Assembly: GCA_964016885.1 (NCBI GenBank)
Contig: OZ024752.1
Coordinates: forward strand, 28,210,001 to 28,274,000
Length of the DNA: 64,000 bases
Direction of reading: 5' to 3'
Origin: Eledone cirrhosa
Lineage: Eukaryota
Shown here in pieces: positions 14,097 through 36,071 of the stretch. Position numbers and translations under genes: made by a program. The notes beneath the pieces were generated by a model. That model ran no database searches and was not told the DNA's origin. It saw only the letters and a program-made list of their open reading frames with translations. Each line of letters begins with the position of its first letter. The stretch's first letter is position 1.

Positions 14097-14280
14097 TAAT
14101 AAGCCAACCGACTAGTTATCATAGTCAAAGACAACAAAGAAAAACTGTTTTGTAATCGATGTATCAATACCCACAGACGAAGGGAATGAAAAAACTATCC
14201 AAATATAAAGGTCTACAGAATGTGGATGATGGAAACAGAAACAATACCTATAATAATGGGTTCCCTGGAGATGGTAAAAA
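14097..14280 (+). pseudogene. R4/Dong-like non-LTR retrotransposon RLE-domain remnant
   Basis: Frameshifted VKDNKEK..VIDVSIPTD..EKLSKYK..RMWMMETETIPIIMG; same family as 45257-46236. Confidence 0.6.
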
Positions 14281-14307
14281 GAACAGACAGAAACAACAGC
14301 TATAATA

Positions 14308-14479
14308 TGTTTCTACTTTAGGCACAAGGCCAGCAATTACCCAGTGGTACTTTATTTTATCGACCCCGTAAGGATGAAAGGCAAAGTCAACCTCGGCGGG
14401 ATTTGAACTCAGATCGTAAAGGGACGTAACTATGCTGCAAAGCATGGCGTCCGACCCTCTACCGATACTGCCAATCCAC
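14308..14479 (-). mobile_element. tRNA-derived SINE S1
   Basis: Near-identical to the other S1 copies. Confidence 0.9.
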
Positions 14480-16029
14480 ATGCTCTGGAGATAGTAAAAC
14501 GCACACAGACAGAATCGGTAGTAGAGGAATCTTGGTTGTGACTGACAAATGGTGATAAAGAGTCTGTGATTCCAAACGGTTAGCGAGAGATGGCAGATAC
14601 GTTTGACAACTGAACAGATGATGCGGTACATAAAGACGACTCTTTAGCCTTTGCCAGCTTTATCAAACGTTTTTCACTCATACAAATTAATCAGTGCCCT
14701 TCCTAATCCACATCTAAATCTCCCCCAAAATATTCAGTGTGCTTCATGCTGGACATTTCCTATATTATTACAGAATATTTCTCTACTGGAACTCAGTAGT
14801 GTGTCGGTGTCTGTTTTTTTGTAGAGTTCTCCAATGTCCCCTCTAGTATTTGTTGTGGATATTTTGTGTGCTATTGTGATCTATCCTTTATTATTTATCT
14901 AAAGTTGCTTGGTAGCTTTTTGTGGCAGATGCGTGATTTGTAGAAACTTGGGCGTATTTCCTTTTGTTTCCATGATATTTTCTAAACGTTGTGTATTGGT
15001 AAATCAACTTTGCTGTCTACCTTAGAGCCCACAATGTTTCAACTTCCAATTTCGTCGTTTCACTTAACAAGGAATCACAATAAAGCAGAAGAGCGGTGTT
15101 CGTTTCATGTAAAGTCCTGATGGTGATGGAGTTGTTTTGGGGCGGAGGAGTCCTGTAATTCTGTCGTAGTTGCTTGTTGTGTAAACTCTACTACAGGTTT
15201 TCTGAAAGTTCTGTTGTATAACTGCTGCAATTGCTGCTGGTGATGATGATGCCTTTGTGCTTGAGATGTTAAAAGCATTACATTCCTATTTAACATAGAG
15301 AAGTTGTTTCTGTACCACAAGTTTCTCTACCTGTGGAAGTTTTCCAGGTTTTCCTGTGCATTGCATGCATGGAGAGATATCTGGCCTTTTTCTCTTATTA
15401 AAGTAAACCATTAAAGTAAACCATTTACTAACACGTCGCACTTTCAAATCATTAGCAGCTGAAATGACCAGCTAAATCTTTAGCAGCTGAAATAATCAGT
15501 CCTGCAAAGGGACGACCTGACCCTTTATTCGTGTATTTCTATGTCGTATATGAAAACCATTGATCGTAGCGTCTGACCACAACTTTTTCCAAAGACTCAG
15601 GAGCGCGCGTACTCACGCACACGGACACATGCACTGACAGACGTACGCACGCACAAACTTACACTCGCACACATACACATACATGTCTCTTACCTTACAT
15701 CACTTCTTACATTACTGTTCTTTCTGAAGTAAACATTTGATGGGGTTTAAACACTTTGATAAACTGAAACTGTCTTTCCAATTTGACAAGTAAAGACATC
15801 CCCTACGTGATGCAACTCTCAACATATGAATAATCTAATTATTTGAAAATAAAAACAACGCAGATAGATGTGTTCAGTGTATTTATTTCATTAGATGTCT
15901 TCATTTCTTCATTTCATTTCTTCACAATGTTAGCTGAGTTCTGAAGGCTCGTGACTTAGCGACTGTGGTATTCAACTCACAACCATAATGTCGTGATTTC
16001 GATGCACGGCTGTGTAGTGTCTCCCTCTT

Positions 16030-16513
16030 GTGACACTAAACTCCGCCAGTTGCAGACTGTGCATCGACATGAGATATTCTTCTCCACAAAGTTCGATCAC
16101 CAGCAGCGGAGATCAAAGAGCAAAGATCAAGTCCAGTCCATAGGTTGACATTGTCAAGCCATCGTTTTGGCTGCCGGCCTCTGCTTCTCTTATCAGCCAA
16201 CCTTCCTTCCAGGCATAACCTACTCACACCACGAGTTGATCTTTTTATATGGCCGTATAGTTTGAGTACTCTTGTTTTGACAATTGATGTAATTGGTCTA
16301 AGTTTGGTAATTTTGAACAACTCACTTATAGAGATACGGTTGCATAAGTCTCAAGATGTGATTCTGGAATGTAGAGAGCTTCTGAAGTGACCTTGTCGTC
16401 CAATTAACACAGTCAAGACCATAGAATACAACTGGTAGAATGTAAGTATCAAAGATCTTAGCCTTCAAATAATAGGAGCTTCTGAAGTGAACTTGTCCAA
16501 TTAACACAGTCAA
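16030..16513 (-). mobile_element. RTE-clade LINE 3' fragment
   Basis: ORFs 16036..16320 and 16322..16513 (KIFDTYILPVVFYGLDC...LKLYGHIKR...RGRQPKRWLD). Confidence 0.85.
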
Positions 16514-17250
16514 GTGTACCCTTCAGCAAATCCCATTACTTCATGTCGCCTCAGTCAACTTGGCAAATATGAGTTGTAGCTGCAATTCACATGGCCAGCC
16601 TTGTAACACATTGTTTCTTGCTGGATCTCCCTGCGAATTACGTTGTCTGTAGAGTACTCGGCCACTTGCACATTAATTTGACGAACAGACTATCGTTGAT
16701 CAAATAACTGAAACACTCGTCGTTGAAATCGACTAAGGACCAACACATACACACTAACAGACTCTACCGTTGATCAAATAACTGAAACACTCGTCGTAGA
16801 AACCGACGAAGAACCAACACGTACATATATTAGCCAAGTGAGCAAAACATACACGATGATCGGATTATATAAAAAGGGACAGTAAATAATTAAAATTCTT
16901 ATAAATATCAATAAGCCGTCTGAGAGCAAATAACGTAGGGGAGATTTAAGCAAGCTGAGAAATGTAGATAATATAGCATGTAACAGTGCTTTAAAATATC
17001 TCGATCTGCTTAGATGAACTTTGCGAGCAGGGACTTATTCCAAGAGAAATGTTTCTAGCATATTAATACTCTCCTGAGTACTAATAAGCTCATATAGATT
17101 TATCTGTGTGTGCCGAGACACACTGACATACATGCATATATATATATATATATATTTACGTATAGCACGGAGCGTATGAGCATAAACACGCACGCACCGT
17201 ACTGTATTATGGTAGTATTGTGTTAGATCAATGTACAAGAACAGAGCCGT

Positions 17251-18716
17251 TATATGCAAGAGAAACCAAAGAACGCTTACATACTCAAACAGTCTTTATT
17301 CACTTACAATGTTTCATCCTCACCTTTTGGCAGGAATCCTCAGAGCCTAATAAATAGAGTGTTGAGTATAAGCTCCACACAAACCTAGTCACACGAACAA
17401 TCAGAATAAAGATAGGGAGATGGGAGATGGCGAACAAAGAGGTGCATGCTGGGGTTGTTAAGCACCGCAGCTAAATACCAGGGCATAAGCGGATTCAACA
17501 AGATGCAGATATAATAGATGGAACACAAAAACAAAGAATGCAAAAGCAAAAAAATGCAAAAGCACAAAAAAATTACAGACAATGGTTAAAACATAATATA
17601 AATTATCATAAAGTAATAAAAAATATAAAAATAATAAAAATAATAAAATAAAATAAATTAAATTAATAAAAAAAAAATGTAAAAAATGAAAAAATAATAA
17701 AATAATAATAATAAAATAATAAAAGATAAGATAATAAAATAATATAATAAAATAAAAAATTTAAAAAAAATGAAAAAGATTTTTAAAAAATTTTAAAATT
17801 AAAAAAATAATGAATAAAATAAATAAAAATGTAAAAAATTAAAAAAGTAAATAATTTTTTTTTTTTTATTTTTCTTTAAAAAATAAAAAATTTTCTTAAA
17901 AGAAATTCTTTTAAAAAAGAAATAAATGCAGAAAGGAGAAAAAAAATTATAAGCACATAGAGAAGCCATAAGAGTACAAGCGCTGGTCCCTAGTAACACG
18001 AGTAAGTAGGACCTCGGTTACTTATAAATGGAGCGTTAAGAGGTCCTGTTGGTACATCCCGAAAGACCACAGTAATCCGAATCACCACCATGATATACAT
18101 ACACAAGGTATATTGGTAGGTACCCGAACTAGGTAGCCAATTGGTGCTCACAAGCATAGAGGAAGGTATCACAAAAGCGCAAGTAAATTATGGTTATTAT
18201 AGGGTAGGGCTGAGTAAAACAAGTATATAGACAGTCACGGCATAAAAGCAAGCTATGCACAAGCAGATCGGGGTTATTGTAAGATAGAGCTGAAGCAATC
18301 TTATATTAGATGCTGTAAAACCAACCGGCAAAGTTATTACTCATGCATATTAGCAACACAGGCTAGACCTACATAATTCCCAAATTTCTACGGGTTAAAC
18401 AGAAATGGGATTGTTTTTTTTTTTTGCTTTTGCATTTTTTGCTTTTGTGACATCTATTATATCTGCATCTTGTTGAATCCGCTTATGCCCTGGTATTTAG
18501 CTGCGGTGCTTAACAACCCCAGCATGCACCTCTTTGTTCGCCATCTCCAATCTCCCTATCTTTATTCTGATTGTTCGTGTGACTAGGTTTTTGTGGAGCT
18601 TATACTCAACACTGTATTTATTAGGCTCTGAGGATTCCTGCCAAAAGGTGAGGATGAAACATTGTCAGTAAATAAAGACTGAGTATGTAAGCGTTCTTTG
18701 GTTTCTTTTGTATATA
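17251..18716. mobile_element. Fold-back insertion with about 300-bp inverted arms, each carrying a hammerhead motif (probable PLE 3' ends)
   Basis: 17251-~17575 is the reverse complement of ~18413-18716; A-rich spacer between the arms. Confidence 0.75.
18617..18676 (+). ncRNA. Type I hammerhead motif with CUGAGGA core (mirror copy on the minus strand at 17295..17354)
   Basis: tttattaggct-CTGAGGA-ttcctgccaaaaggtgaggat-GAAA-cattg-TC-agtaaataaa; the mirror copy has TA at the cleavage site. Confidence 0.7.
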
Positions 18717-18845
18717 TATATATATATTATAATTTGAAATAAAATGAAAACGAAATTTCATTTCTCACTCTTAGTACGGCACTTACTTAAATGTAAGCAT
18801 GTGTGTATACGTACATACATATATGTATACAGACGTACAGTAGCA

Positions 18846-18937
<92 letters not shown>

Positions 18938-19414
18938 TGCTACTGTACGTCTGTATACATATATGTATGTACACATATATACATACAGGTACACATACAT
19001 ATATGCACGTATCAGTTTAGCGGACGCTTATTATAACGCCGCTTTGTTCGTTTGTAAACAAACTGAACAGCCTGAATTTTATGCCGTACGGTGTTAAGGC
19101 AACCACGTCACCTTTTTGTTCAACACTGACACAGGAAGGATGTACTAGTTTCAAGCTTGTTAGCTATCATCAGCACCGTATACCCTTCTGCCAGATAGTT
19201 GAACGTTCGAAAGTATATACTTTCCTTATGAAAATTAACGGCTGAGCAGCCTAATTTGCATATCGAGTGAGTATAGTCGGTCAGGCATACCGAAAACGAT
19301 AAGTTGAAATAAAATGAAAACGAATTTCATTTCTCACTCTTAGTACGGCACTTACTTAAATGTAAGCATGTGTGTATACGTACATACATATATGTATACA
19401 GACGTACAGTAGCA

Positions 19415-19500
<86 letters not shown>

Positions 19501-19640
19501 TACATACAGGTACACATACATATATGCACGTATCAGTTTAGCGGACGCTTATTATAACGCCGCTTTGTTCGTTTGTAAACGTCCGCTAAACTGATACGTG
19601 CATATATGTATGTGTACCTGTATGTATATATGTGTATATA

Positions 19641-20265
19641 TATATATGTATATATGTATGTCAGGTCACCACTTGGTGCTACTGGTAACATGTATCCCAG
19701 TACAACCTGTCTCATGGTCGAGTCGTTGGCGACTAAACTGGCAACCCCACCAAGGTTTCTTGGTGAGGAGGGTGACTTTGGACATCCTGCAGGACTAAAA
19801 ACAAAACCTGTCAAAGGGCAAAGGAGCTCTTAAGAGTCAATGGCCATCCAAAATCACTGGGAGAGATGACCCCTTAGCCTTTGTCAAGGCAGAATTCTAG
19901 GAGAAGGAAAACTCTGATATAACACCTGCAACCCTGATGGTATCCAATGATGTTGACTTGTTCTTCTTTTTGGTAAATATCATCTTGGTTAAGAGAGTGG
20001 GACTGGCTTTGTGCAGTGCCTTTGCTCACTATAAAAGCTTCATGGCACAGGCATTGCTTTGTATCTGGAGTTCTTTCTGCACTTGTCGTCACATGGTACC
20101 ATGGGCCCAGCACTATGTGTCAATAATTGTCACAAGTGTAGTGTTTGTACCAGAGTTTTCAAGTCGCTGGCTGGACTAAAAAGTCACACTCGTTCAGCGC
20201 ATCGGTAGGGGTTCTCCTACATGGATATAAAGTAGTGGCCGTACTCGAAAACGAGTTGGCAGCCA

Positions 20266-20267
<2 letters not shown>
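19641..20267 (-). mobile_element. GC-richer insert, possibly a LINE 5' region
   Basis: Abrupt composition change between microsatellite borders; no clear coding motif. Confidence 0.35.
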
Positions 20268-20306
<39 letters not shown>

Positions 20307-20542
20307 TGCTACTGTACGTCTGTATACATATATGTATGTACGTATACACACATGCTTACATTTAAGTAAGTGCCGTACTAAGAGTGAGAAATGAAATTTC
20401 GTTTTCATTTTATTTCAACTTATCGTTTTCGGTATGCCTGACCGACTATACTCACTCGATATGCAAATTAGGCTGCTCAGCCGTTAATTTTCATAAGGAA
20501 AGTATATACTTTCGAACGTTCAACTATCTGGCAGAAGGGTAT

Positions 20543-20585
20543 ACGGTGCTGATGATAGCTAACAAGCTTGAAACTAGTACATCGT
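20543..20585 (+). ncRNA. Type I hammerhead motif, family R2 (copies at 19137..19179 - and 55940..55982 -)
   Basis: acggtg-CTGATGA-tagctaacaagctt-GAAA-ctag-TA-catcgt; palindromic ACTAGT stem III; GUA cleavage triplet. Confidence 0.85.
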
Positions 20586-20742
20586 TCCTGTGTCAGTGTT
20601 GAACAAAAAGGTGACGTGGTTGCCTTAACACCGTACGGCATAAAATCCAGGCTGTTCAGTTTGTTTACAAACGAACAAAGCGGCGTTATAATAAGCGTCC
20701 GCTAAACTGATACGTGCATATATGTATGTGTACCTGTATGTA

Positions 20743-20808
<66 letters not shown>

Positions 20809-21184
20809 TGCTACTGTACGTCTGTATACATATATGTATGTACGTATACACACATGCTTACATATATTATAATTATAAATAAGAAAGGGTAATATTTTGT
20901 ATTACCCAATTACCAGTAAGAAAATTAGCTCAATGGAAATTATCAGATATATTACAGAGCAGAAAAGATTCCATACATTTGTCTGGAAGAAACGATCGTC
21001 AGCAATTAAATGCATTAAACAAAAATTTGATTGTTTTATATGGTGTGTATATATATATATATGTGTGTGTTTGTGTGAAAAAAAGTTCTCGGTGGCTGAG
21101 AGCTGGCAGTCTCGACAGCTAGATCCGAACTATATATATATACAATATATTAACAAATGGAAACTATATTTATAAAACCATATT

Positions 21185-21250
21185 TATTTCATTATACATA
21201 TTTCAAGGGCCACCAAGGCAAACTATGGTGCACTTTCATCAGATAAAATA
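21185..21250 (-). ncRNA. Type I hammerhead motif, single-copy family
   Basis: Minus strand: tattttat-CTGATGA-aagtgcaccatagtttgccttggtggccctt-GAAA-tatgta-TA-atgaaata. Confidence 0.8.
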
Positions 21251-21464
21251 TAATATAGGTTAGTTTTATAAATAAATATTGACATATATATATATAATAT
21301 TTGAATGGAGCATTTCTATTCCTGTAGAAGTAATTTCTTTATTATATATATATATATATGTATGTATATATATGAATGTGTATATATATATATGTATGTA
21401 TGTGTATATATATATATGTATGTATATATATACATATATGTATGTATATGAATGTATATGTATG

Positions 21465-21520
<56 letters not shown>

Positions 21521-22176
21521 TGTGCGTGTGCGCGCGCGCATCAATATCGAGGCGTTTAGAGTATTTGAAATTGTAAATGCTGGAATCTAAACGCAGTAGT
21601 CAATAGACATTTTAATAGTTTTACATCATCTCTTAAAATACGATTACGGAGAGAAAAAAGTGGCCTGCAATCCACTACATATATTTGAACTCCGCATCAG
21701 CCGAATTCCAGCCACGCGCGAGACTACTATACCAACTGGCACTATCTTGTGTCCTGGTATGATGACAGGGGAAGTAAAGGACTTGTGCATTCTTCGTGAC
21801 ATGCATTTGGAAAAATTTAAATTATATGTAAATAATATCTTTGTTTCGCGAAAATTATTCTGTAAGTAAGGAATTGAGACATGATCCAAAAAGTGCTATT
21901 TTTTCTTTTTTTTTAAATTGCACTTTGTTTTTCAAAACACAGCCTTGCCAAATGAAGAAATTCAAGTGCACCCAAAGATTTTAATTCGCTTAAAGAATGA
22001 TACAACAAATTCAAATTTAAATTTGACAAAGTCAATTTGAACATGCCCATGGCAAGAAAACGACTGCCATTACACTTATCTGCTATTGTTACAGGTGTAA
22101 TTATGACTTAATTCTGTGGCTCGTTTCACAAATTCTTTATTCACCGATGATAATAATGCATTTAACTTGAGGACGT

Positions 22177-22245
22177 TTAGTCATCGCTCCTAATTTCTTA
22201 TCAGCTATATAACGTGCATTTTCCAACAAGGTAAGCAACAGTCCG
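22177..22245 (+). promoter_or_regulatory. S-crystallin B core promoter: TATA box and AP-1-like site
   Basis: TATATAA at 22206-22212, about 120 bp upstream of the ATG; Inr-like CAGTC about 33 bp further on; TTAGTCA (TGACTAA on the minus strand) at 22177-22183. Confidence 0.65.
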
Positions 22246-22324
22246 GTTCTTCTCAAGCAACAAGACTCTTCACCTCTAAGTCCTCTGGTCGTTCTCGTGT
22301 CAGTTAACACTAAAACAAACAATA

Positions 22325-31129
<8,805 letters not shown>

Positions 31130-31310
31130 ATCAACCACTTAGAGAGTCATTGTCACGAACCGTGCAAAACAACTCAACTATAAACCGAATTGACTGATCG
31201 AAGATCAGTTGATTGACAAGTCACATGTTACCATGTCGGAGGCTGTCCCGATTAAACTTAAATATATATCGATCAATTTTTTTTATGAATCGATCGTTCA
31301 TATAGCATGA

Positions 31311-31316
31311 AATAAA
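31311..31316 (+). terminator. Candidate polyadenylation signal of S-crystallin B
   Basis: AATAAA 182 bp after the stop codon, followed by GT/T-rich sequence. Confidence 0.55.
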
Positions 31317-32337
31317 TAACAAATGAATGTCCAACTGGTGTCGAGTTTTTATATATTTATAGTGGCTTTGAAGGTCTTTGTCCTTGTATCTGTTAATGTA
31401 ATTCATGTTGCTGAACTTGCCTTTGCTATTTTGTTGTGTTCTTTTATGCATTTCTTGTTACTGCAGATATTACTGTTGCAATTGCAGCTGTTGTTGTTCT
31501 TATAACTGATTATATCACTACAGTTGTTTCCATTATAACTTGCAAGATGTGCGCATTATATACGTTTTTCAAGTAGTTTCAGCTGAACTTCTTGTGTGTC
31601 CGACTGTTGTTATCTGTCTCAGGTTGCTATCGTTCACGTAATTGAGATGAGAGAACAGTGATCAACTTCCAGGGCCCATGGCGAGGTGGTCTCACAACTT
31701 GGACTGTACTGAAAAACTAGTATCATTCGACCGGCATTATATCTGGTCTAGAATAATATGAAACCTGAACTGGAAGAATACATTATAATTGAAATGGAGT
31801 GAATTTTTTGAAGATTATTATATATTGGAATATGGTGGCGAATTGGCTAAGTCATTAGAATGTCGGATAGATTGCTTTGCGGTATTCATGTCGGCTCTCC
31901 TCTCTCTTAGTTCAAATCAGCCCGAGGTCAACTTTGCCTTTCATCATTTCAAGATCTATAAAAGAAAGTATCAGCATAATACTGTGTCGATTCTTCCTCT
32001 ATAGCTCTTTTTTCGTTTCTATTCTCTGACTCTCTATCCTTCTCTGGAAGAAATCTGCTCTGTATTAAAACCTGCACATGGATGGGCTCGGTCAGATTTT
32101 AAAATGCCCCAGAAAGGCTCTATGTCAATGCTGAGTCCCCAAGACACATTCAGGAGTTATGGAACCATACATATATATGAATTCTCTGGATTGAATGTCA
32201 CGGGTAGAGCTGACGAGAAAAAGGTATAATTACAGTGATTTTGCTTCGAATCGTCTCATAATTCGATGTATCGTAGGTGAACCAGTGAATATTCTGTCTT
32301 CCAATAGTTTATGTATGATACATCAAGATAGAAAACC

Positions 32338-32627
32338 CATCCAAATTCTCCTGATTTGACCCCATCTGACTACCATCTATTCCCCAACATGAAAAGAAGA
32401 CCTTGCTAGGAACCAGCATAGCAGTGATGATGAGATCATATCTGCTGTTAATGACTTTTTTTTACCAACAGGAGGAAAGCTTTTTCACTAATGGGATCCA
32501 AGCACTGCAATACCGATGGAAGAAGTGTGTAGCCACAGGTGGGCTATGTTAAAAAATAAACCTCACTTTGTCATATTCCATGAGAGTATCTTGGTTAGCT
32601 TATGAGAACGTTCCAGTTGACCCTTGT
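32338..32627 (+). pseudogene. Mariner transposase 3' remnant plus terminal repeat
   Basis: HPNSPDLTPSDYHLFPNMK matches the mariner YSPDLAPSD motif; then GIQALQYRWKKCV; the end is the reverse complement of the MITE left end. Confidence 0.8.
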
Positions 32628-33396
32628 CATTGATATTTATCAGAGAAGGAAACCGGAATATTGTAAACCCCATTGAATCTCGTGTCAATGACCTGATCCT
32701 AATCCATTCACATTTACACATTTAATGCTAGCTTTATTATTTGGCATGATCATTGATTTAGTGACCTATGGTAGCATGCAATCGCTTAAATATATCTGGG
32801 GTTTGTTTGTATTGAGATTAGTTTTTCGTAAGATCTTCCAGAAATTATTGGCTTTTGGGTGTGGCGTTTATTAATATTATATTATCGGATTTATCGTTAT
32901 CGTAGCATAATATCGGTTGCGTTTGCTTTATCAAGATGGCGAATTGGCAGGATTGTTACGTGACGGATGGAATGCCATATCGTAAACGTTCCAGTCACTA
33001 CGTTCCAATTACAAATCCAGTCAAGGATAAACTTTTTTTTATCCTTTCAGTGTTGATAAATATAGTCTGCTTCGAGGCTGGTGCTTATTCCGGTTTCTGC
33101 GGCGTGAAGCGACTGAGAGTACAAGACTTCCCCTGGAGAGTACGCCAGTCCATCGCAGGGTAAAACACCCAGCTATTGCTGGTACTCATTTTCAACTGAG
33201 TATACCGGATCAACCTGAAATAAAATATTTCTTCAGATCGAAAGTCAAACATTCTTACCACTAAGCGATACTCCTCCAACAATGAATATAGTAGCAGTCC
33301 AGTATTCGGGTCGATTCTCCTCCACCTCCTTCCCCCATCTCTCCCTCATCCTCTCTCTTCTTTTCTATGTATCTCTCTCACACTCTCTGGCTCACA

Positions 33397-33427
<31 letters not shown>

Positions 33428-33818
33428 TCTTCCCCTCACTTACTCGCTGGATCTGTCACTTCTTGAATTATACCTGCAAATCACATGATATTACAGATTC
33501 AGCCAGGGCGTACTATTAAGTGTATACAGTGGAATACTAAGACTTATATATCAGCTTTACTTGTAACCGTCTAAGTAATAGAACAACTTAACGCTCACCG
33601 TTGAAGCCGACGGAGAATCCATCCAATAAATTTATAAACATTCTTACAATTTTAATTATTCTAATGCTGATTTTGTCAGTTTTTGTCACAGCTTAGAAAT
33701 TTGTTCGATCGATACAAATTGATTTCCTTTGATTTGATTCAGAATTTTAAAACTATGCGAAATATTGTTAGTTTGGGGCCCAAATTCAAACAATACCTCG
33801 ATACTTACTCTATACTAT

Positions 33819-33967
33819 AATTGTTTCTTATTTTGGCACAAGGCCAGCAATTACCCAGTGCATTACTGGTACTTTATTTTATCGACTCCGTAAGGATGAA
33901 AGGCAAAGTTAACCTCAACGGGATTTTAACTCAGAATGGCAAGGGCCGTAACTATGCGTCAAAGCAT
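33819..33967 (-). mobile_element. SINE S1 (5' truncated)
   Basis: S1 core and tail. Confidence 0.85.
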
Positions 33968-34242
33968 ACTATAATCTATACTATAATAATTTAAAATATG
34001 TTTGGTCGTCAAGTAGATTTGTATTACTCCTTTTATAGCGACATCCTTCACAAACAATACGAACCTTGGTGCCTCCACAACCATTTGCTAACAGCGCCAA
34101 CACCACAACGACCACCAGAGACAGAACACCATCATAACCATTACTACCAGAATCGCAACGACTACATCCAGAGCTATTACAACAGCCATTATAGTTACTA
34201 CTGTCCTCTTCCTCCTTGTAATTATCGTAATTTACATTGAAT

Positions 34243-34433
34243 GGGGTGGAAATTGGCAGTATCAGTAGAGTGTCAGACACCATGTTTTGCCGCATAGAGT
34301 TATGACCCTTTGCGTTCTGAGTTCAAATCGCCCTGGGGTTAACTTTGCCTTTCATCCTTACGGGGTCAATAAAATAAAACACCTGTTATGTACTTGAGTA
34401 ATTGCTGGCCTTGTGCAAAAAATAGAAACAATT
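34243..34433 (+). mobile_element. SINE S1
   Basis: A and B boxes; TSD aattatcgtaatttacattg. Confidence 0.85.
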
Positions 34434-36071
34434 ATCGTAATTTACATTGGTCACAACTAGTTTCACCTTCACCGTCGCTGAAATTACATCAGATACAACA
34501 AAAACCAACATCACCACCATCATGAATGTTATCATGAAACTAGTACGACCAATACCTTTAAAATAATTGTTGACATAACTCTAAATATTGTCACAGAGAT
34601 TACAGGATACAATTATCACACACATCACAATCTAGACTGTTTTTACTAACATAAAATTTCGCCTGATTTAAAAATTACTAACAGTACTAACAGAACCAGC
34701 ATAGTAGCCAACACCTCCACATTTTCAACCCCTAATAAAATTAGTATACACTTTATCAGCACTGCCGTCTTCAGTAACTATTGCCATAAAATACAACTTT
34801 CTGTCTATGACCAAAATACTTGCATCGCAGAGCCCAGTCAACTTAAATATCCATTCAGGCCTCAGAATATAATGTGTCGATGGAGTCTCAATGTCATTCA
34901 CCAAAGCTCTAATTAGAAACCATGATGTGATATAGTGCAATTTTCTTATATCTCTAGACATTTAACGGTCCACACTGTAGTTCACCTTCCTAGCCTCTGT
35001 TCCCGCAACGAATTTACTTAAATTATTCATAAATGCTGGACAGTTGATTGCAATGTGTTAATCAATCAAAATCCGAAACCTAAAGGTTTCCAAGCAATTC
35101 ACCACCATGGCACATTTTATTTAAATACATTTTCTAATGGACCCATTCTTTTCTAAAGCTCTGTCAACTCAAAACTCTCACAGCTCACCTGCTGCTAAAT
35201 ATATGGACCCTAGCTTGGAAAACGTTGGCCTAAGTGTGTACTAGATGCACTGCAAGAAATACAGCTTCTTTCCTTTGAGTCTCACTATGTCATCTTACGG
35301 TGTGTTCAATAAGAAAATACCCTAGTTGCTCCTATCTTAAAATTAAGAATGATTGTATCCTGAATTTTCTATGGTAGACTAATTTGCCCTCTGGCAGGTT
35401 TGCTTGTTTAATTGTTTTTTTCCTTTTGAGTCCCACAAACATTTCTCACAGAGTAAGAAAATTATTGTGAGACGCGGAGTACTTGACTGTGTAGTACGGG
35501 CAACAGCTAAACCCTGACCTCGCCATAAATGGTACTTTCTTTTAGGAAAATGACATGGCGTCTCAAAGTTATGTAAACTCTACAACATGTTACTTGATTG
35601 ATAAAGTATTCCTCAGACTTCTAGACCTAAGACTGAAGAAATGGATTCACGCGTACATGCCTGTGTGCGAATGACTGCACGACTATGTACATGTAACTGT
35701 AGTTTATTCCAATCACGGGGAGTTTTAGCCCTTCATATTTTTAAATAGAGCGTGTTATGGAGAGGATTTGGCTGTTGCTTCCAGCAAATCAAGCAACCAC
35801 GTAATGACTCATTCATTGACTGTAAGTTGTGAACTTTTGTTGTTATTGTTGTCTAGTAACACCCATTAATACACTCACCTATTATCAAATACGTTCAGCC
35901 ATCAGTATTTTGTCTTTGTTTTTCATATGAAATATATATATCACTACATTATTCACTGAGCCATTCCTTTTATAAGACAGTAGGATGAATTTATAAGAGA
36001 TATAACTGACATGTTTACTACGTACAGGCTTCTTCGATGTCTCGTGTGTCTGCATTTATGTTTCAACACAT

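Larger units (their letters stand above)
18734..20862. mobile_element. Retrozyme-like family R2: tandem partial monomers (about 450 bp plus internal (TA)n), inverted pair around a 630-bp insert
   Basis: Monomer start repeats at 18744 and 19314; opposite-orientation monomer repeats at 20302 and 20804; HHRs at 19137-19179 (-) and 20543-20585 (+); further copies at 5734-5835 and 55607-56100. Confidence 0.8.

Noticed and set aside
22228-22236. aagGTAAGC as the splice donor of an upstream non-coding exon
   Set aside because: It lies between the TATA box and the likely start site, so it is probably not transcribed; unverified.
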